Assembly: GCA_964544915.1 (NCBI GenBank)
Contig: CAZJDY010000015.1
Location: 1,248 to 65,247, forward strand
Length of the DNA: 64,000 bases
Direction: 5' to 3'
From: an uncultured Methanomassiliicoccaceae archaeon
GTDB taxonomy: Archaea > Thermoplasmatota > Thermoplasmata > Methanomassiliicoccales > JACIVX01
Below are positions 17,990 to 26,865 of this stretch, piece after piece (within the stretch, counting starts at the first letter, position 1; each line of letters begins with the position of its first letter). Both the position numbers and the translations under genes were made by a program. Below the pieces are notes generated by a model that saw only the letters and a list, made by a program, of their open reading frames with translations, searched no databases and was not told where the DNA came from.

Positions 17990-18487
17990 GTGAGATCTCT
18001 GAAACCCATCATTGATGACCAGTCACGAGTTCTAATCCTTGGATCGATACCGAGTGCCATGTCCATAGAGAAACAGGAATACTACGCCAACAAGGGGAAC
18101 CACTTCTGGAGGGCTATCTACGCTATTTTTGATTCTGAACTAGACTCTTCATATGTTGAAAGGATTTCATTCCTGAGGGGAAAAGGAGTCGCACTCTGGG
18201 ATGTTCTCAAGGAGTGCAATAGAAAAGGAAGTGGCGACTTGACAATCACTGGGAGAGTGCCCAACGACTTTGCCTCCTTGTTTGAGGAGTATCCGGGAAT
18301 CAAGTTCGTGTTCTTCAACGGCAGGATGGCTGAAAAGTCGTTTGAGAAGCTAGTCAGACTGAATCCCAATTCAAGACTCAAACTCAAGAGACTTCCATCA
18401 ACTTCTTCAGCGAATGCCCGATTGACCATCGAGGCCAAGGTGGAAGAATGGCGAACTGTAAGAGAATGCTTAGAAAGGTGCGACTGA
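17990..18487 (+). CDS. UDG-superfamily DNA glycosylase, family-6-like (hypoxanthine/deoxyinosine DNA glycosylase)
   Basis: RVLILGSIPS...YYANKGNHFW...GVALWDV...LPSTSSANA matches the DNA-deoxyinosine glycosylase pattern as I recall it. I prefer GTG 17990; the longest ORF starts at TTG 17894. Confidence 0.7.
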   Translation: MRSLKPIIDDQSRVLILGSIPSAMSIEKQEYYANKGNHFWRAIYAIFDSELDSSYVERISFLRGKGVALWDVLKECNRKGSGDLTITGRVPNDFASLFEEYPGIKFVFFNGRMAEKSFEKLVRLNPNSRLKLKRLPSTSSANARLTIEAKVEEWRTVRECLERCD

Positions 18488-18751
18488 CCCGCCGAATCCG
18501 GAGCCAATGCCTCAGAAACAGAAGAACACATGTCATATGCGCCCACCCAGAGACCCTTCAGCAGACAGTCAACTTGTTTAATCCCTGAGAATTACGTCGA
18601 AAAGGTGGTTTGGAAAAGGCATTGCCTGAACATCAGCTTCTTCTCTATCTGATATTCTCTTCATGATGTAGTCTTTAATACTCATCTTACCTAATCTTGT
18701 CTTCTTGGTGTCAATAGTTGGTTGACGTACAGACTGTTTCTGACGCGCGTG

Positions 18752-19519
18752 ATGAAGGGGGCAAGCGGATTGGACCTTAGAGGCAAAACGCTGATCGTAA
18801 CAGGAGCTTCGAGGGGAATCGGTCGAGCTTTAGCTTTAGAACTGGCTCAAAATGGTGTCAACCTTGTCTTGAACTCCCGAAGCGAAGCACCCCTCGAGGA
18901 AGTGGCTACTGCTGCCCGAGGGAAAGATGTGAGCGTATTGACAGTAGTGGGCGATGCCGCGTTAGCCAGCAACTCCCGGCAGATGGTGAAAGCCGCGGTT
19001 GGCATTGGCGAATTCATTGGTTTCATTCACAACGCAGGAACTGCTCATCCAGGTCCATTCTTGTACGAACTACCTAAAGCCATGTTCGAGAATGTCTGGC
19101 GATCCAACGTGTTAGCTGGTTACCAGATCGCGCGCTTCTCCTATCCCGAGCTGCGCCGAAGGAAGAGCGGCTTAGCGGTCTTCTTTGGGTCTGGGGCCGC
19201 AGAGATGAACGTAGAAGGCATTGGAGCCTACTGCCTCTCCAAGGCCGCGGAAGAGCATTTGGCGAGACAACTCGCCGCTGAGGCTCCAGAAATCACTTGC
19301 TTCGTGTATCGACCTGGAGCTGTCGAGACTGAGATGCAGAAAGGTGGTCGGGAAGCAAAAGGCAGTGGAGCTAAAGGGTTACACCGATTCTTCGGAGAGT
19401 TGAAGGAGCGAGGAATCCTTCTAACTCCCGAAACAGCCGCACGAGCATTAGTGCGGATATTACAAAGAGACCCGCGCACCTTTCACGGTAGGATAGCTAC
19501 CTATGATGACGGATTGTGA
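18752..19519 (+). CDS. Short-chain dehydrogenase/reductase (SDR)
   Basis: KTLIVTGASRGIGRA Rossmann motif and YCLSKAA catalytic YxxxK. ATG 18752 preferred over TTG 18722. Confidence 0.85.
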   Translation: MKGASGLDLRGKTLIVTGASRGIGRALALELAQNGVNLVLNSRSEAPLEEVATAARGKDVSVLTVVGDAALASNSRQMVKAAVGIGEFIGFIHNAGTAHPGPFLYELPKAMFENVWRSNVLAGYQIARFSYPELRRRKSGLAVFFGSGAAEMNVEGIGAYCLSKAAEEHLARQLAAEAPEITCFVYRPGAVETEMQKGGREAKGSGAKGLHRFFGELKERGILLTPETAARALVRILQRDPRTFHGRIATYDDGL

Positions 19520-19789
19520 AAGTGGCGCGTGAATGCTAAGGGCTTTCTGCTCCTGTGCATGCGCTGACTACCGCCCATCGATTTGATTCGGCAGGAATTA
19601 CTCTTTAGTACTGAGTTTACCCAATCTAGTCTCTCGAGCGAACCAGTAGGCTTCGATAATCAGAACCGATTTTGAAGAACCTGAAGTAGGACTCCTCCTT
19701 TTTGCAGTAAGACCGCCAGAAGTCCGATGAAAGGGATTCTGGAGATTCGGACGAAGCTCATATCATAACAACTGGCGTAGAAGCCACCT

Positions 19790-20605
19790 CTATGGTGACC
19801 ACGTGAACATCCTAAACTCGCACAGCTCTTTGAACCCAAGTCTCTTGTAGATCGGGAAGCCCAATTCGCTCGCCTCGAGAACAGCAACATCATAGCCGGC
19901 TTCTTTTGCACGAATGAGAGGTTCGCGGGTCATCGCGGATCCTATGCCCTTCCTTCTCGCCCCGGTGAGTGTCGCGATATTGTAAATGCCGGCGACTTCC
20001 TCGTGAAGGACTAGAAGGGACATTGCGACAGGCTTCCCATCAAGGAACCCTAGGAACCAGCGGCGAGTCGGACTCGCGCCATAGCTCCTGATGAGACTCT
20101 CCCAACCTCCCCTGATGTCTTTTGGGACTTCAAACACTTCTGCTGATATATCGCTGCAACTCCCCAAGGACTTCGCGTCCTCGACTTGCTCAATCTCGAA
20201 ATCGGGAGGCAATGGTTCGCTGTTTACGTCTCTCAGATCGATAGCCATTCCCGGAGTCTTCGGTTCCGAGGCTAGACCCTGGCTCAATAGGAAGTTGCCA
20301 AGTGTCACTGGAGTGCTCGAGGGACCGAGAACCCATGTCATCGGAAGTTGAGCGCTTCTAAAGTATGTCATCGCCTCCTCAGCCCTTTTCGGGAGATTGC
20401 TGGCATTGAACCTTGGACCAAGAATGTAATTGAGCAAAGCCATACGAAGGCCTGTCGAGACGATGGTCATATCAGGCTCTCTACGCACGAATGAGCCCTG
20501 AAGGCCAGAACACAGGGATGTCAAGGCTTCATAGTGTGTTGTTTCAATTGTGCAAATCAACTCTTCCTCTGTAAACCTTCCCATCATAACGCGAAGGACT
20601 CCCAA
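19790..20605 (-). CDS. GNAT family N-acetyltransferase, two-domain type (paralog 1)
   Basis: 271 aa. C-terminal RRKGIGSAM...A...LY.RLGF acetyl-CoA-binding motif. Alignable along its whole length to ORF 31370-32167. Confidence 0.8.
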   Translation of the reverse strand: MGVLRVMMGRFTEEELICTIETTHYEALTSLCSGLQGSFVRREPDMTIVSTGLRMALLNYILGPRFNASNLPKRAEEAMTYFRSAQLPMTWVLGPSSTPVTLGNFLLSQGLASEPKTPGMAIDLRDVNSEPLPPDFEIEQVEDAKSLGSCSDISAEVFEVPKDIRGGWESLIRSYGASPTRRWFLGFLDGKPVAMSLLVLHEEVAGIYNIATLTGARRKGIGSAMTREPLIRAKEAGYDVAVLEASELGFPIYKRLGFKELCEFRMFTWSP

Positions 20606-20731
20606 ATTGCATTCTGTGGATGATTAGATAGTATTTTCGGTTTTGTCGTTCTCTCGAAAATGAAGTGGGCAAAGAAGTCCAGTTCCGCGCACTATCCGCA
20701 TATGGAACACAACACATGCGAAGAAACCTCT

Positions 20732-20757
20732 CCCCCATCTGCCGTCAGAAGCGTCAG
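20732..20757 (-). repeat. Island motif 1, copy A
   Basis: Plus strand: cccccatctgccgtcagaagcgtcag. Lies in the gap between the ICMT-like and GNAT-1 genes. Confidence 0.85.
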
Positions 20758-20780
20758 TCACGAAGTATGCGTGACCTTTC

Positions 20781-20820
20781 GGGATGCCGTGAGGTTCGGG
20801 CTGTGAGAGATTAGCTGAAC
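20781..20820 (-). repeat. Island motif 2, copy i
   Basis: Plus strand: gggatgccgtgaggttcgggctgtgagagattagctgaac. Confidence 0.7.
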
Positions 20821-20838
20821 ACTTTTCCGTTCTTCTTA

Positions 20839-21426
20839 TCAGAATTTCGGGATTCCTATCCATCTTGGGGTCCTATTCATGTATTCTCGGTATGCATTTC
20901 CATACTTTTGGAGGCAGGAACGTTCTTCAGAAACTATACCAGTATGCACTGGAATTAAGAAAACTGCGGTAATTAGCAGAAAAACCCAGGAAGCACATGC
21001 GATGCCTGTGCCGCCAAAGATCAAGAACATGCTAAAGTAGATAGGGTTTCTAGAAAAACGGTAGACCCCTTTGGTGACAGGTTTATCCACTGGAGTAGTG
21101 AAGAAATTTTGAACTGCTATAGTCTCGATAATCGCTCCCAGCAAATAGATGAGGAATCCAGCAAAGAACCAGACTGTCCCCAGTTCAAGCGGCAAGAAGA
21201 TGCTGTAAGCAATTAGAGCGATGAATAGAAAGGATATGATATTCGAGATTTTTTTCTCAGTCTCGTTGAGCGGCGCATCAGAACCTTTCTTCAATACCTC
21301 TTTGTCAATTAGCCATCCTGATAATAAAAAGGGCAATAAGTTTAAGAATGTCAAATAAAGCATGAAAATCCAAGCATTCCATAAGCCCAACTCAAAAGCT
21401 GGAATAAGCGACATAATCCTACCCAA
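20839..21426 (-). CDS. Isoprenylcysteine carboxyl / phospholipid methyltransferase-like membrane methyltransferase
   Basis: 195 aa, polytopic. GVYRFSRNPIYFSMF...EERSCLQKYGNAYREY is typical of the ICMT/PEMT family. Confidence 0.75.
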   Translation of the reverse strand: MGRIMSLIPAFELGLWNAWIFMLYLTFLNLLPFLLSGWLIDKEVLKKGSDAPLNETEKKISNIISFLFIALIAYSIFLPLELGTVWFFAGFLIYLLGAIIETIAVQNFFTTPVDKPVTKGVYRFSRNPIYFSMFLIFGGTGIACASWVFLLITAVFLIPVHTGIVSEERSCLQKYGNAYREYMNRTPRWIGIPKF

Positions 21427-21433
21427 GTCCGGA

Positions 21434-21931
21434 CTAGACCATGCGGTTCATGGTGTCTCTCGCGAATGCCCGAGCTTTCATGAGCCTAGCCTCGTCGGGT
21501 TGACCTTTACTGTTATGACTCTTTGCAAAAGTCCGAATTTTCTTATTAGTTGAGATTCTCATTATTAGCTCCAAACCCTTGGCTAGCTCCCCTTGGCAAT
21601 CGAAGAACCCTACTAGGTTCGCACCGGCAGCTGCTTGTTTGAACTTTGCCATCCATTCCGGGACTTCTGGTACATCTTCTGGGGCACAATGCGTCACGAA
21701 CAATGCTACCTTCCTTCCGCCCGTGCAATGTTTATCTAGGAATTCCTTTACCTTCTTGTCAGGTCCATATTGATGCGTGGGAAAGCCCAGGAATGAGATA
21801 TCATAAGCCCCGATATCCTGCACATCTTTAATCGGTCTGATCTCCTTCTCACCAGTTATCTCTCCATATATGGCTTCGGCTACCTTCTTGGTGTTGCCCG
21901 TCGACGACATGTATGCCACAAGCACTTTCAT
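21434..21931 (-). CDS. Flavodoxin
   Basis: MKVLVAYMSSTGNTKKVAEAI is an FMN phosphate-binding loop. 165 aa. Confidence 0.8.
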   Translation of the reverse strand: MKVLVAYMSSTGNTKKVAEAIYGEITGEKEIRPIKDVQDIGAYDISFLGFPTHQYGPDKKVKEFLDKHCTGGRKVALFVTHCAPEDVPEVPEWMAKFKQAAAGANLVGFFDCQGELAKGLELIMRISTNKKIRTFAKSHNSKGQPDEARLMKARAFARDTMNRMV

Positions 21932-21987
21932 TCCGTTGCCTCCAACTATTCTCCATTCGGGCGAGCATCCTTAAAACTTATGGCAGC

Positions 21988-22034
21988 GGTCCAGGACCTA
22001 TCAGGGTGCCGTGAGGTCGGGCTTTGACAGATAA
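21988..22034 (-). repeat. Island motif 2, copy ii
   Basis: Plus strand: ggtccaggacctatcagggtgccgtgaggtcgggctttgacagataa. Contains the palindrome GGTCCAGGACC. Confidence 0.7.
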
Positions 22035-22054
22035 AGAGCGTTCTCAAATGGTTC

Positions 22055-22324
22055 TTACTCCACGCGGGCTGGTAGGATTCGCTTCTCCGGATCCTCGTAG
22101 TGTTCCACCTTGATAATCACGTTTGACTTGACGCCAGCTACTGCAGATAGGACGTGATTCAAGATTTGCTCGGCGGTCGCCCGTAACTCTCGGCCACGTG
22201 CGCTCACTTTGTACCAGCCGCTCTTATCTCTATAATAGAACTCAGTAGAGTTCTTGCCGCTTATCTTGATAACATAGCTCTCATTGGTCAGGTTCATTTT
22301 ACATCCATCCACATGCATAAACAT
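22055..22324 (-). CDS. Small hypothetical protein immediately downstream of the STAND ATPase
   Basis: ORF-track 22055-22399. I trim the N-terminus because 22341-22396 is a non-coding repeat copy. Likely start is ATG 22324, 22318 or 22297 (MNLTNESYVIKISGKNSTEFYYRDKSGWYKV...). No family recognised. Confidence 0.45.
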   Translation of the reverse strand: MFMHVDGCKMNLTNESYVIKISGKNSTEFYYRDKSGWYKVSARGRELRATAEQILNHVLSAVAGVKSNVIIKVEHYEDPEKRILPARVE

Positions 22325-22340
22325 CAAGGTTTGTGACAGA

Positions 22341-22396
22341 GGTCCAGGACCTATCGCGATGCGGTGAGGTTCGGGCTCTGAGAGATGAGCTGAAAC
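22341..22396 (-). repeat. Island motif 2, copy iii
   Basis: Plus strand: ggtccaggacctatcgcgatgcggtgaggttcgggctctgagagatgagctgaaac. Confidence 0.7.
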
Positions 22397-22421
22397 CATT
22401 TACCTTTCCTTTTTTTTCCCT

Positions 22422-22450
22422 CCCCCCATCTGCCGTCAGAACCGTCAGAA
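22422..22450 (-). repeat. Island motif 1, copy B
   Basis: Plus strand: ccccccatctgccgtcagaaccgtcagaag. Lies 9 nt beyond the stop of the STAND gene. Confidence 0.9.
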
Positions 22451-22458
22451 GTGGCGGT

Positions 22459-24888
22459 TCAGTCAATATTCGATTCAAGCTCAGTGAGTAATACATCGAT
22501 CCTTGTAACTTGTCTTCCATTTCCATGTGATAAGAATATTTCTCTGGCCTTTGTCAATTGCTCAAATGCCTTTTCCCGATTTCCCAATCTTGATAAGAAT
22601 ATTCCAAGGGATTGTCTTGAGATTGCCTCCATATTTGGGTCCCTCACTCCTCCACTAAGCACATCCATTGCATTTTCCGATTGTCTAATGCATTCCTCAT
22701 TTCTTCCTTTAAGACCTTGGAGCATTGCTTGGGCTAATATTATCAGACCTCTAGCTGGCGTTTTTATGCTCCATTCATACGATTCTGTGAGTTGTTTCGA
22801 CCTATCGATCAGCTCCTCCGCATCATCCATCATTCCAGTCATAATATCGACCTGAGCAAGAACGGCACATGCCCGGGCATGCAGGACCGACTCCTCGATT
22901 GCTTGAGCGATTTCTAAGGTCTTCAGGCACTCGTCTCTTGCTCGAAGATAGTCTCCTCTCATCATCAATATCCTGGAAGAATCATTGTGAACCGCATAAA
23001 GGCATAGATTATGGCCCAGTTTGCTTGCCAATGTATGGGCGGACCTCAGGTGCTCGGCAGCCTTCTCCTCATCCCCGATTGTTATGAGTAGTTCTGCCAA
23101 CCCCAACTCGTATTTTAGTGAACTCAACGAGCTAGTTGACTCGCTGAGAATCGCAAATAGGCTCTCCATCTTTGAAATGGCTTCTTGCATCCTTTCCAGG
23201 GAACAAAGAAAGCCGGCATGATCATTCATGACGTCCATCAATCGATCCTTCCTTTTGCTTTTCCTAAGCATCATCTCGGCTTCATCATATGATCGCTCCG
23301 CCACGTCCAGCTTCCCCTCGAACATAGCAAGGTTCGCCTTTTCAGCTAAGATCGAACCAATGTCAAAGTCATTCATACCGGCGATTGACAAAGCCCGGTC
23401 GATATATTCCCATGCAAGTGCGGTGCTACCCTTCCCTAACGAAGTGGGACCGTACAATTTTGCCATCCTCCACAGAAGTTGGCCTTCTTTACATGGCTCC
23501 AGTTCCAATGATAGGGCCTGGTCGTAAGCACTTTGTGCAGAGTTGAAGTTGAGAACATCTACAAAGCTGTCGCCCAATCCGATTAATGCTCTGAGTTTCT
23601 CCTTCTTATGATTCGCACCTATTGGGATGCTATCCACGGCTCTTTGGAAAAATGTGACCGCCTCAGCACCCCCTGATTCTCCTAGGAAGTATTCTCCCGC
23701 TCGAATCGAATAATCGAGACTCTTTTCCTCTTGGCCGGCCAGATGGAAGTGAAATGATAGTGTGCCGAGCATCCTATCGTCCGGTAATCTCGATTCGAGA
23801 GAGGTCCCGACCTGCTTATGGAGTTCTTTCCTACGTGGTGGTGCGATCTGATTGTAAGCAACTTCCCTAACCTTGTCGTGTTCGAAGCGATATTCTTCAC
23901 CCATCGTTTTGACCAATTGGAATCTATTCTCCAGGGAGTCGAGCGATTCGAGAGCCTGCATCCTGTCCAGCTTCAGAACCTGCTCAATGATCTTTGGATC
24001 GAAATACTCACCGACCACAGACGCGCACTCCAACAACCGTCTCTGGTCTCTTGGCAGCCTTTCCAATCGCCTGAGGATGACCTCTCGCACCGTGGACGGA
24101 ATAGTTATCGTATCCTTATCTGAGAACACCCAGATGCCTTCCTTCAGGACTATGAGCCCCGAGGTTACAAGCATACGAACGATCTCTACAGCGAAGAGAG
24201 GATTCCCACCGCTCTCCTTGACGATTCGATGGGATACCGTTTCATGTACACGGCCTCCGAGCATGCTCTCAACAGCTTCGATGATTGCCTGGCCCTCCAG
24301 CCTGTTAAGATGTATTTCATTGACAATACCCTCCCTCACCATCAAATGAATAGTGTCCCCGAGGGGGTGCACTTGCTGCCCCGACTCAGCAATGATGTCC
24401 TCGGTACGGTAAGTTCCGGTAATCGCGACACGAAGGGGTCTGATGTTCCGTGCTAGGAAGTGCAGTAATTGGACTGTCACCGAGTCAGCCCACTGCAAGT
24501 CATCCAGACAAATCAGTATTGGTGTTTTTTCAGACTCTTTGGACAAGAAATCAAGGACTTTGAAGAGTACTATGCTGGAATCCTTCATCGCACGACCATC
24601 AGTCCCCGATTCATCTTCAAAAAGGCTTTGGGTGTATGAGGTGAAGGCTTCATAGAATGGAAGATATGGGCAAGGATTCCCAGGAATGCATCTACCTAAT
24701 AGGATTGTGAACCCAATTTGTCTTGCAATGTCAGCAGCTGCATTCATTACCCTTGTCTTGCCGATTCCTGCCTCCCCGGAAATCAGAACTAATGAACCGC
24801 TTCCTGAAAGCACCTCGCCTATATGGCCAACAATTCTTTCGATCTCTTCTTCCCTACCCACCAAAATGGGCTCGAGTTCCATTGTCAC
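22459..24888 (-). CDS. STAND-type P-loop NTPase (AAA_16-like) with long TPR/helical-repeat C-terminus and no recognisable effector or HTH domain
   Basis: 809 aa. Walker A GEAGIGKT, Walker B ILICLDDLQWAD. The ATPase module begins at about residue 10. The C-terminal ~450 aa are TPR-like repeats. Confidence 0.75.
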   Translation of the reverse strand: MTMELEPILVGREEEIERIVGHIGEVLSGSGSLVLISGEAGIGKTRVMNAAADIARQIGFTILLGRCIPGNPCPYLPFYEAFTSYTQSLFEDESGTDGRAMKDSSIVLFKVLDFLSKESEKTPILICLDDLQWADSVTVQLLHFLARNIRPLRVAITGTYRTEDIIAESGQQVHPLGDTIHLMVREGIVNEIHLNRLEGQAIIEAVESMLGGRVHETVSHRIVKESGGNPLFAVEIVRMLVTSGLIVLKEGIWVFSDKDTITIPSTVREVILRRLERLPRDQRRLLECASVVGEYFDPKIIEQVLKLDRMQALESLDSLENRFQLVKTMGEEYRFEHDKVREVAYNQIAPPRRKELHKQVGTSLESRLPDDRMLGTLSFHFHLAGQEEKSLDYSIRAGEYFLGESGGAEAVTFFQRAVDSIPIGANHKKEKLRALIGLGDSFVDVLNFNSAQSAYDQALSLELEPCKEGQLLWRMAKLYGPTSLGKGSTALAWEYIDRALSIAGMNDFDIGSILAEKANLAMFEGKLDVAERSYDEAEMMLRKSKRKDRLMDVMNDHAGFLCSLERMQEAISKMESLFAILSESTSSLSSLKYELGLAELLITIGDEEKAAEHLRSAHTLASKLGHNLCLYAVHNDSSRILMMRGDYLRARDECLKTLEIAQAIEESVLHARACAVLAQVDIMTGMMDDAEELIDRSKQLTESYEWSIKTPARGLIILAQAMLQGLKGRNEECIRQSENAMDVLSGGVRDPNMEAISRQSLGIFLSRLGNREKAFEQLTKAREIFLSHGNGRQVTRIDVLLTELESNID

Positions 24889-24954
24889 CTTTCAATAGGA
24901 GTTTCTTGAAGGCTTAGACTTTTGGATTCTCCTTCATCGTTCTGTTTCCTTTGT

Positions 24955-24981
24955 CCTTCAGAACCGTCGGATGTGTCAGAA
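24955..24981 (-). repeat. Island motif 1, copy C (degenerate 5' part)
   Basis: Plus strand: ccttcagaaccgtcggatgtgtcagaa. Near-identical to the distal part of copy E. Confidence 0.65.
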
Positions 24982-25069
24982 ATATGAGAGATAGGCCAAA
25001 CCTCATCCATTCTCTTCTTAACATTTTACTCCTCATAGATCAGATATTCATCCATCGCTCCAAGTTGAG

Positions 25070-25264
25070 TCAGTCGTCGAAGATGAATAGCTCGTTGATG
25101 CTCGTCTTCAACGCCTTTGCTATCGAGTGTGCCAGGTTGAGGGATGGGTTGTAGTCGCCCTTCTCGACGAAGAGGATGGTCTCCCTACGCACGCCCACCA
25201 TCTTGGCGAGATCTTCTTGAGTCATGTCGTACCTCGCCCTGAGCTCCTTGATCCTGGTCTTCAT
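25070..25264 (-). CDS. XRE-family HTH transcriptional regulator (64 aa)
   Basis: [56 protein letters not shown] overlap with the upstream membrane-protein gene. Confidence 0.85.
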   Translation of the reverse strand: MKTRIKELRARYDMTQEDLAKMVGVRRETILFVEKGDYNPSLNLAHSIAKALKTSINELFIFDD

Positions 25265-25704
25265 TTGGGGACACCCTTTCTCTTGAGATAGGTGTTCAGA
25301 ACCAGGAAGATTGACCCCATCGCTGCAACGTAGATCATGAGCCATTCAGATGTGGGGAGTGACGAGATTTGGTTATCCTCAAGTATCACATGAAAGAAGC
25401 TCATTCCGAACACAAAGTATAAGCTGATGTAGAAGGCAAGATAGCCAGCGCGCATCTTGATCGTATGTGTTCGCTCGTCTTCGCTTGGAATTCCACTTTT
25501 CAGCTCCCTCAGCTTCCTTCGAGCGACAATGAGAGCGATCGCTGCCATTGTGATTACGATCACTGCCGACACCATCGTCGCCCAGTTGTCAACATTGACG
25601 TTCTCATATGCGATGACGAAAACTGTCCCCAAAACCAGCACAGTGACGGTCATCCATACAAACGCCCGAAACCTCGCTCTGTCGTCCATGTCAAACCTCT
25701 CCAT
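25261..25704 (-). CDS. Four-TM membrane protein (DUF2178-like by recollection) co-transcribed with the XRE regulator
   Basis: 147 aa with four hydrophobic helices. Translationally coupled to 25070-25264. Confidence 0.55.
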   Translation of the reverse strand: MERFDMDDRARFRAFVWMTVTVLVLGTVFVIAYENVNVDNWATMVSAVIVITMAAIALIVARRKLRELKSGIPSEDERTHTIKMRAGYLAFYISLYFVFGMSFFHVILEDNQISSLPTSEWLMIYVAAMGSIFLVLNTYLKRKGVPK

Positions 25705-25850
25705 GATATTCTTTTGTTACTTTACGCGAACTTTTTGTTTGTTTAATATCGCTTTATGTTATCTATAACTAACATCACATATATGAATCCTTTGACGAGA
25801 CTTCTACGAAACGAGTCCTTAGAAACCCCTTTCTTCTTTCTAGTTCTCTT

Positions 25851-25885
25851 TCCCCATCTGCCGTCAGAACCGTCAGAAATGTCAC
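25851..25885 (-). repeat. Island motif 1, copy D
   Basis: Plus strand: tccccatctgccgtcagaaccgtcagaaatgtcacc. Confidence 0.9.
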
Positions 25886-26021
25886 CATTATCGATCTAGA
25901 GAATAGAGCTGAGGAATTTCTCAATGTCCGAGACAACAAGAGCGCTTCCGCAATACGGACAGTTGGTCAGCCTGTCAATTGAAGTGTCTTTGTTTATTGT
26001 CATCTCGTGCTAATGGTCCGT

Positions 26022-26576
26022 TTACTTCTTGAATTCTTTACCAATGGTCCAGCCTTTGGCGAGCTTTTCGCCGAGACAATAGTAGTTCCTGTCAGTCATC
26101 GTGAATAGGATCGGACGAAGTTTCGAGAGGTCCACTGCTGCATCTGTCATAACTTCCTCATCGCAATAGGTCGCAACGACCTTTCCGATGAACAGATCAT
26201 GATTGGGCATGTCAATTGTATCGATGAGCTCGCATTCCATAGAGACCGGACACTCTTCAATCATAGGAGCGGTCCCAAGTTTTCCGTAAAAAGTCTTGAA
26301 AAGAACAGACTTGTCTTCATCTTTCCCAGATACGATTCCACAATAATCAGTCACCTTTACCATATCCTCTTTGGGGATGTTGACGCTGAAGCACTTGTTC
26401 TCTCTTATGCCAATGTTCGTGTAGTGCTTCTTGTTCATGCTTAGTGAAATTGAACTGTGATCTGCAATGCCGACATGGGCCATTGTGATGTAGTTCGGCT
26501 TTCCTTCAACCAGCGCCCCCACAAGAACTATGGGTAAAGGATACAGGCAGTTCTTCGCCCCGATTTCTTTTTTCAT
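26022..26576 (-). CDS. Flavin reductase-like (FMN-binding split-barrel) protein
   Basis: MKKEIGAKNCLYPLPIVLVGA...NYITMAHVG. GGAGG 7 nt upstream of ATG 26576. Confidence 0.75.
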   Translation of the reverse strand: MKKEIGAKNCLYPLPIVLVGALVEGKPNYITMAHVGIADHSSISLSMNKKHYTNIGIRENKCFSVNIPKEDMVKVTDYCGIVSGKDEDKSVLFKTFYGKLGTAPMIEECPVSMECELIDTIDMPNHDLFIGKVVATYCDEEVMTDAAVDLSKLRPILFTMTDRNYYCLGEKLAKGWTIGKEFKK

Positions 26577-26658
26577 CCAAGTGACCTCCTTCAGGGTATT
26601 TTGCATAACATATATATTCTATTCGTTGACGATCCCGGTATGTTCGTCTTCCGGTCTT

Positions 26659-26696
26659 TCCCCATCTGCCGTCAGAACCGTCGGAAGTGTCAGAAG
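26659..26696 (-). repeat. Island motif 1, copy E (longest form)
   Basis: Plus strand: tccccatctgccgtcagaaccgtcggaagtgtcagaag. Minus-strand reading: CTTCTGACACTTCCGACGGTTCTGACGGCAGATGGGGA. Confidence 0.9.
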
Positions 26697-26865
26697 CCTC
26701 GAAAAAATCGAAGTCGCTATCCTTAACTGAACAGACCGGCGTTTTCTTGGTGTTTTCGTCATTTCCCTAGCAGTTGAATATAAAAAAAGTCCCTGGTTCC
26801 ACTTCTCCCGACTGGCGTTCCCAAATCACGAATTTCCGTGTTTCATTCTTTGCGAGGCATGCCCT

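Noticed and set aside
20624-20863. 79-aa ORF and the N-terminal extension of ORF 22055-22399, which share ..LS.PEPH.. peptides
   Set aside because: The similarity comes from DNA repeat motif 2. The third copy (21988-22034) has a 1-nt gap and is not in an equivalent frame, which argues for a non-coding repeat.
22299-22526. ORFs whose peptides contain LTVLTADG (22299-22526; also 31085-31369)
   Set aside because: The shared peptide is simply motif 1 translated on the minus strand. The ORFs overlap better-supported genes or gaps and have no other coding features.
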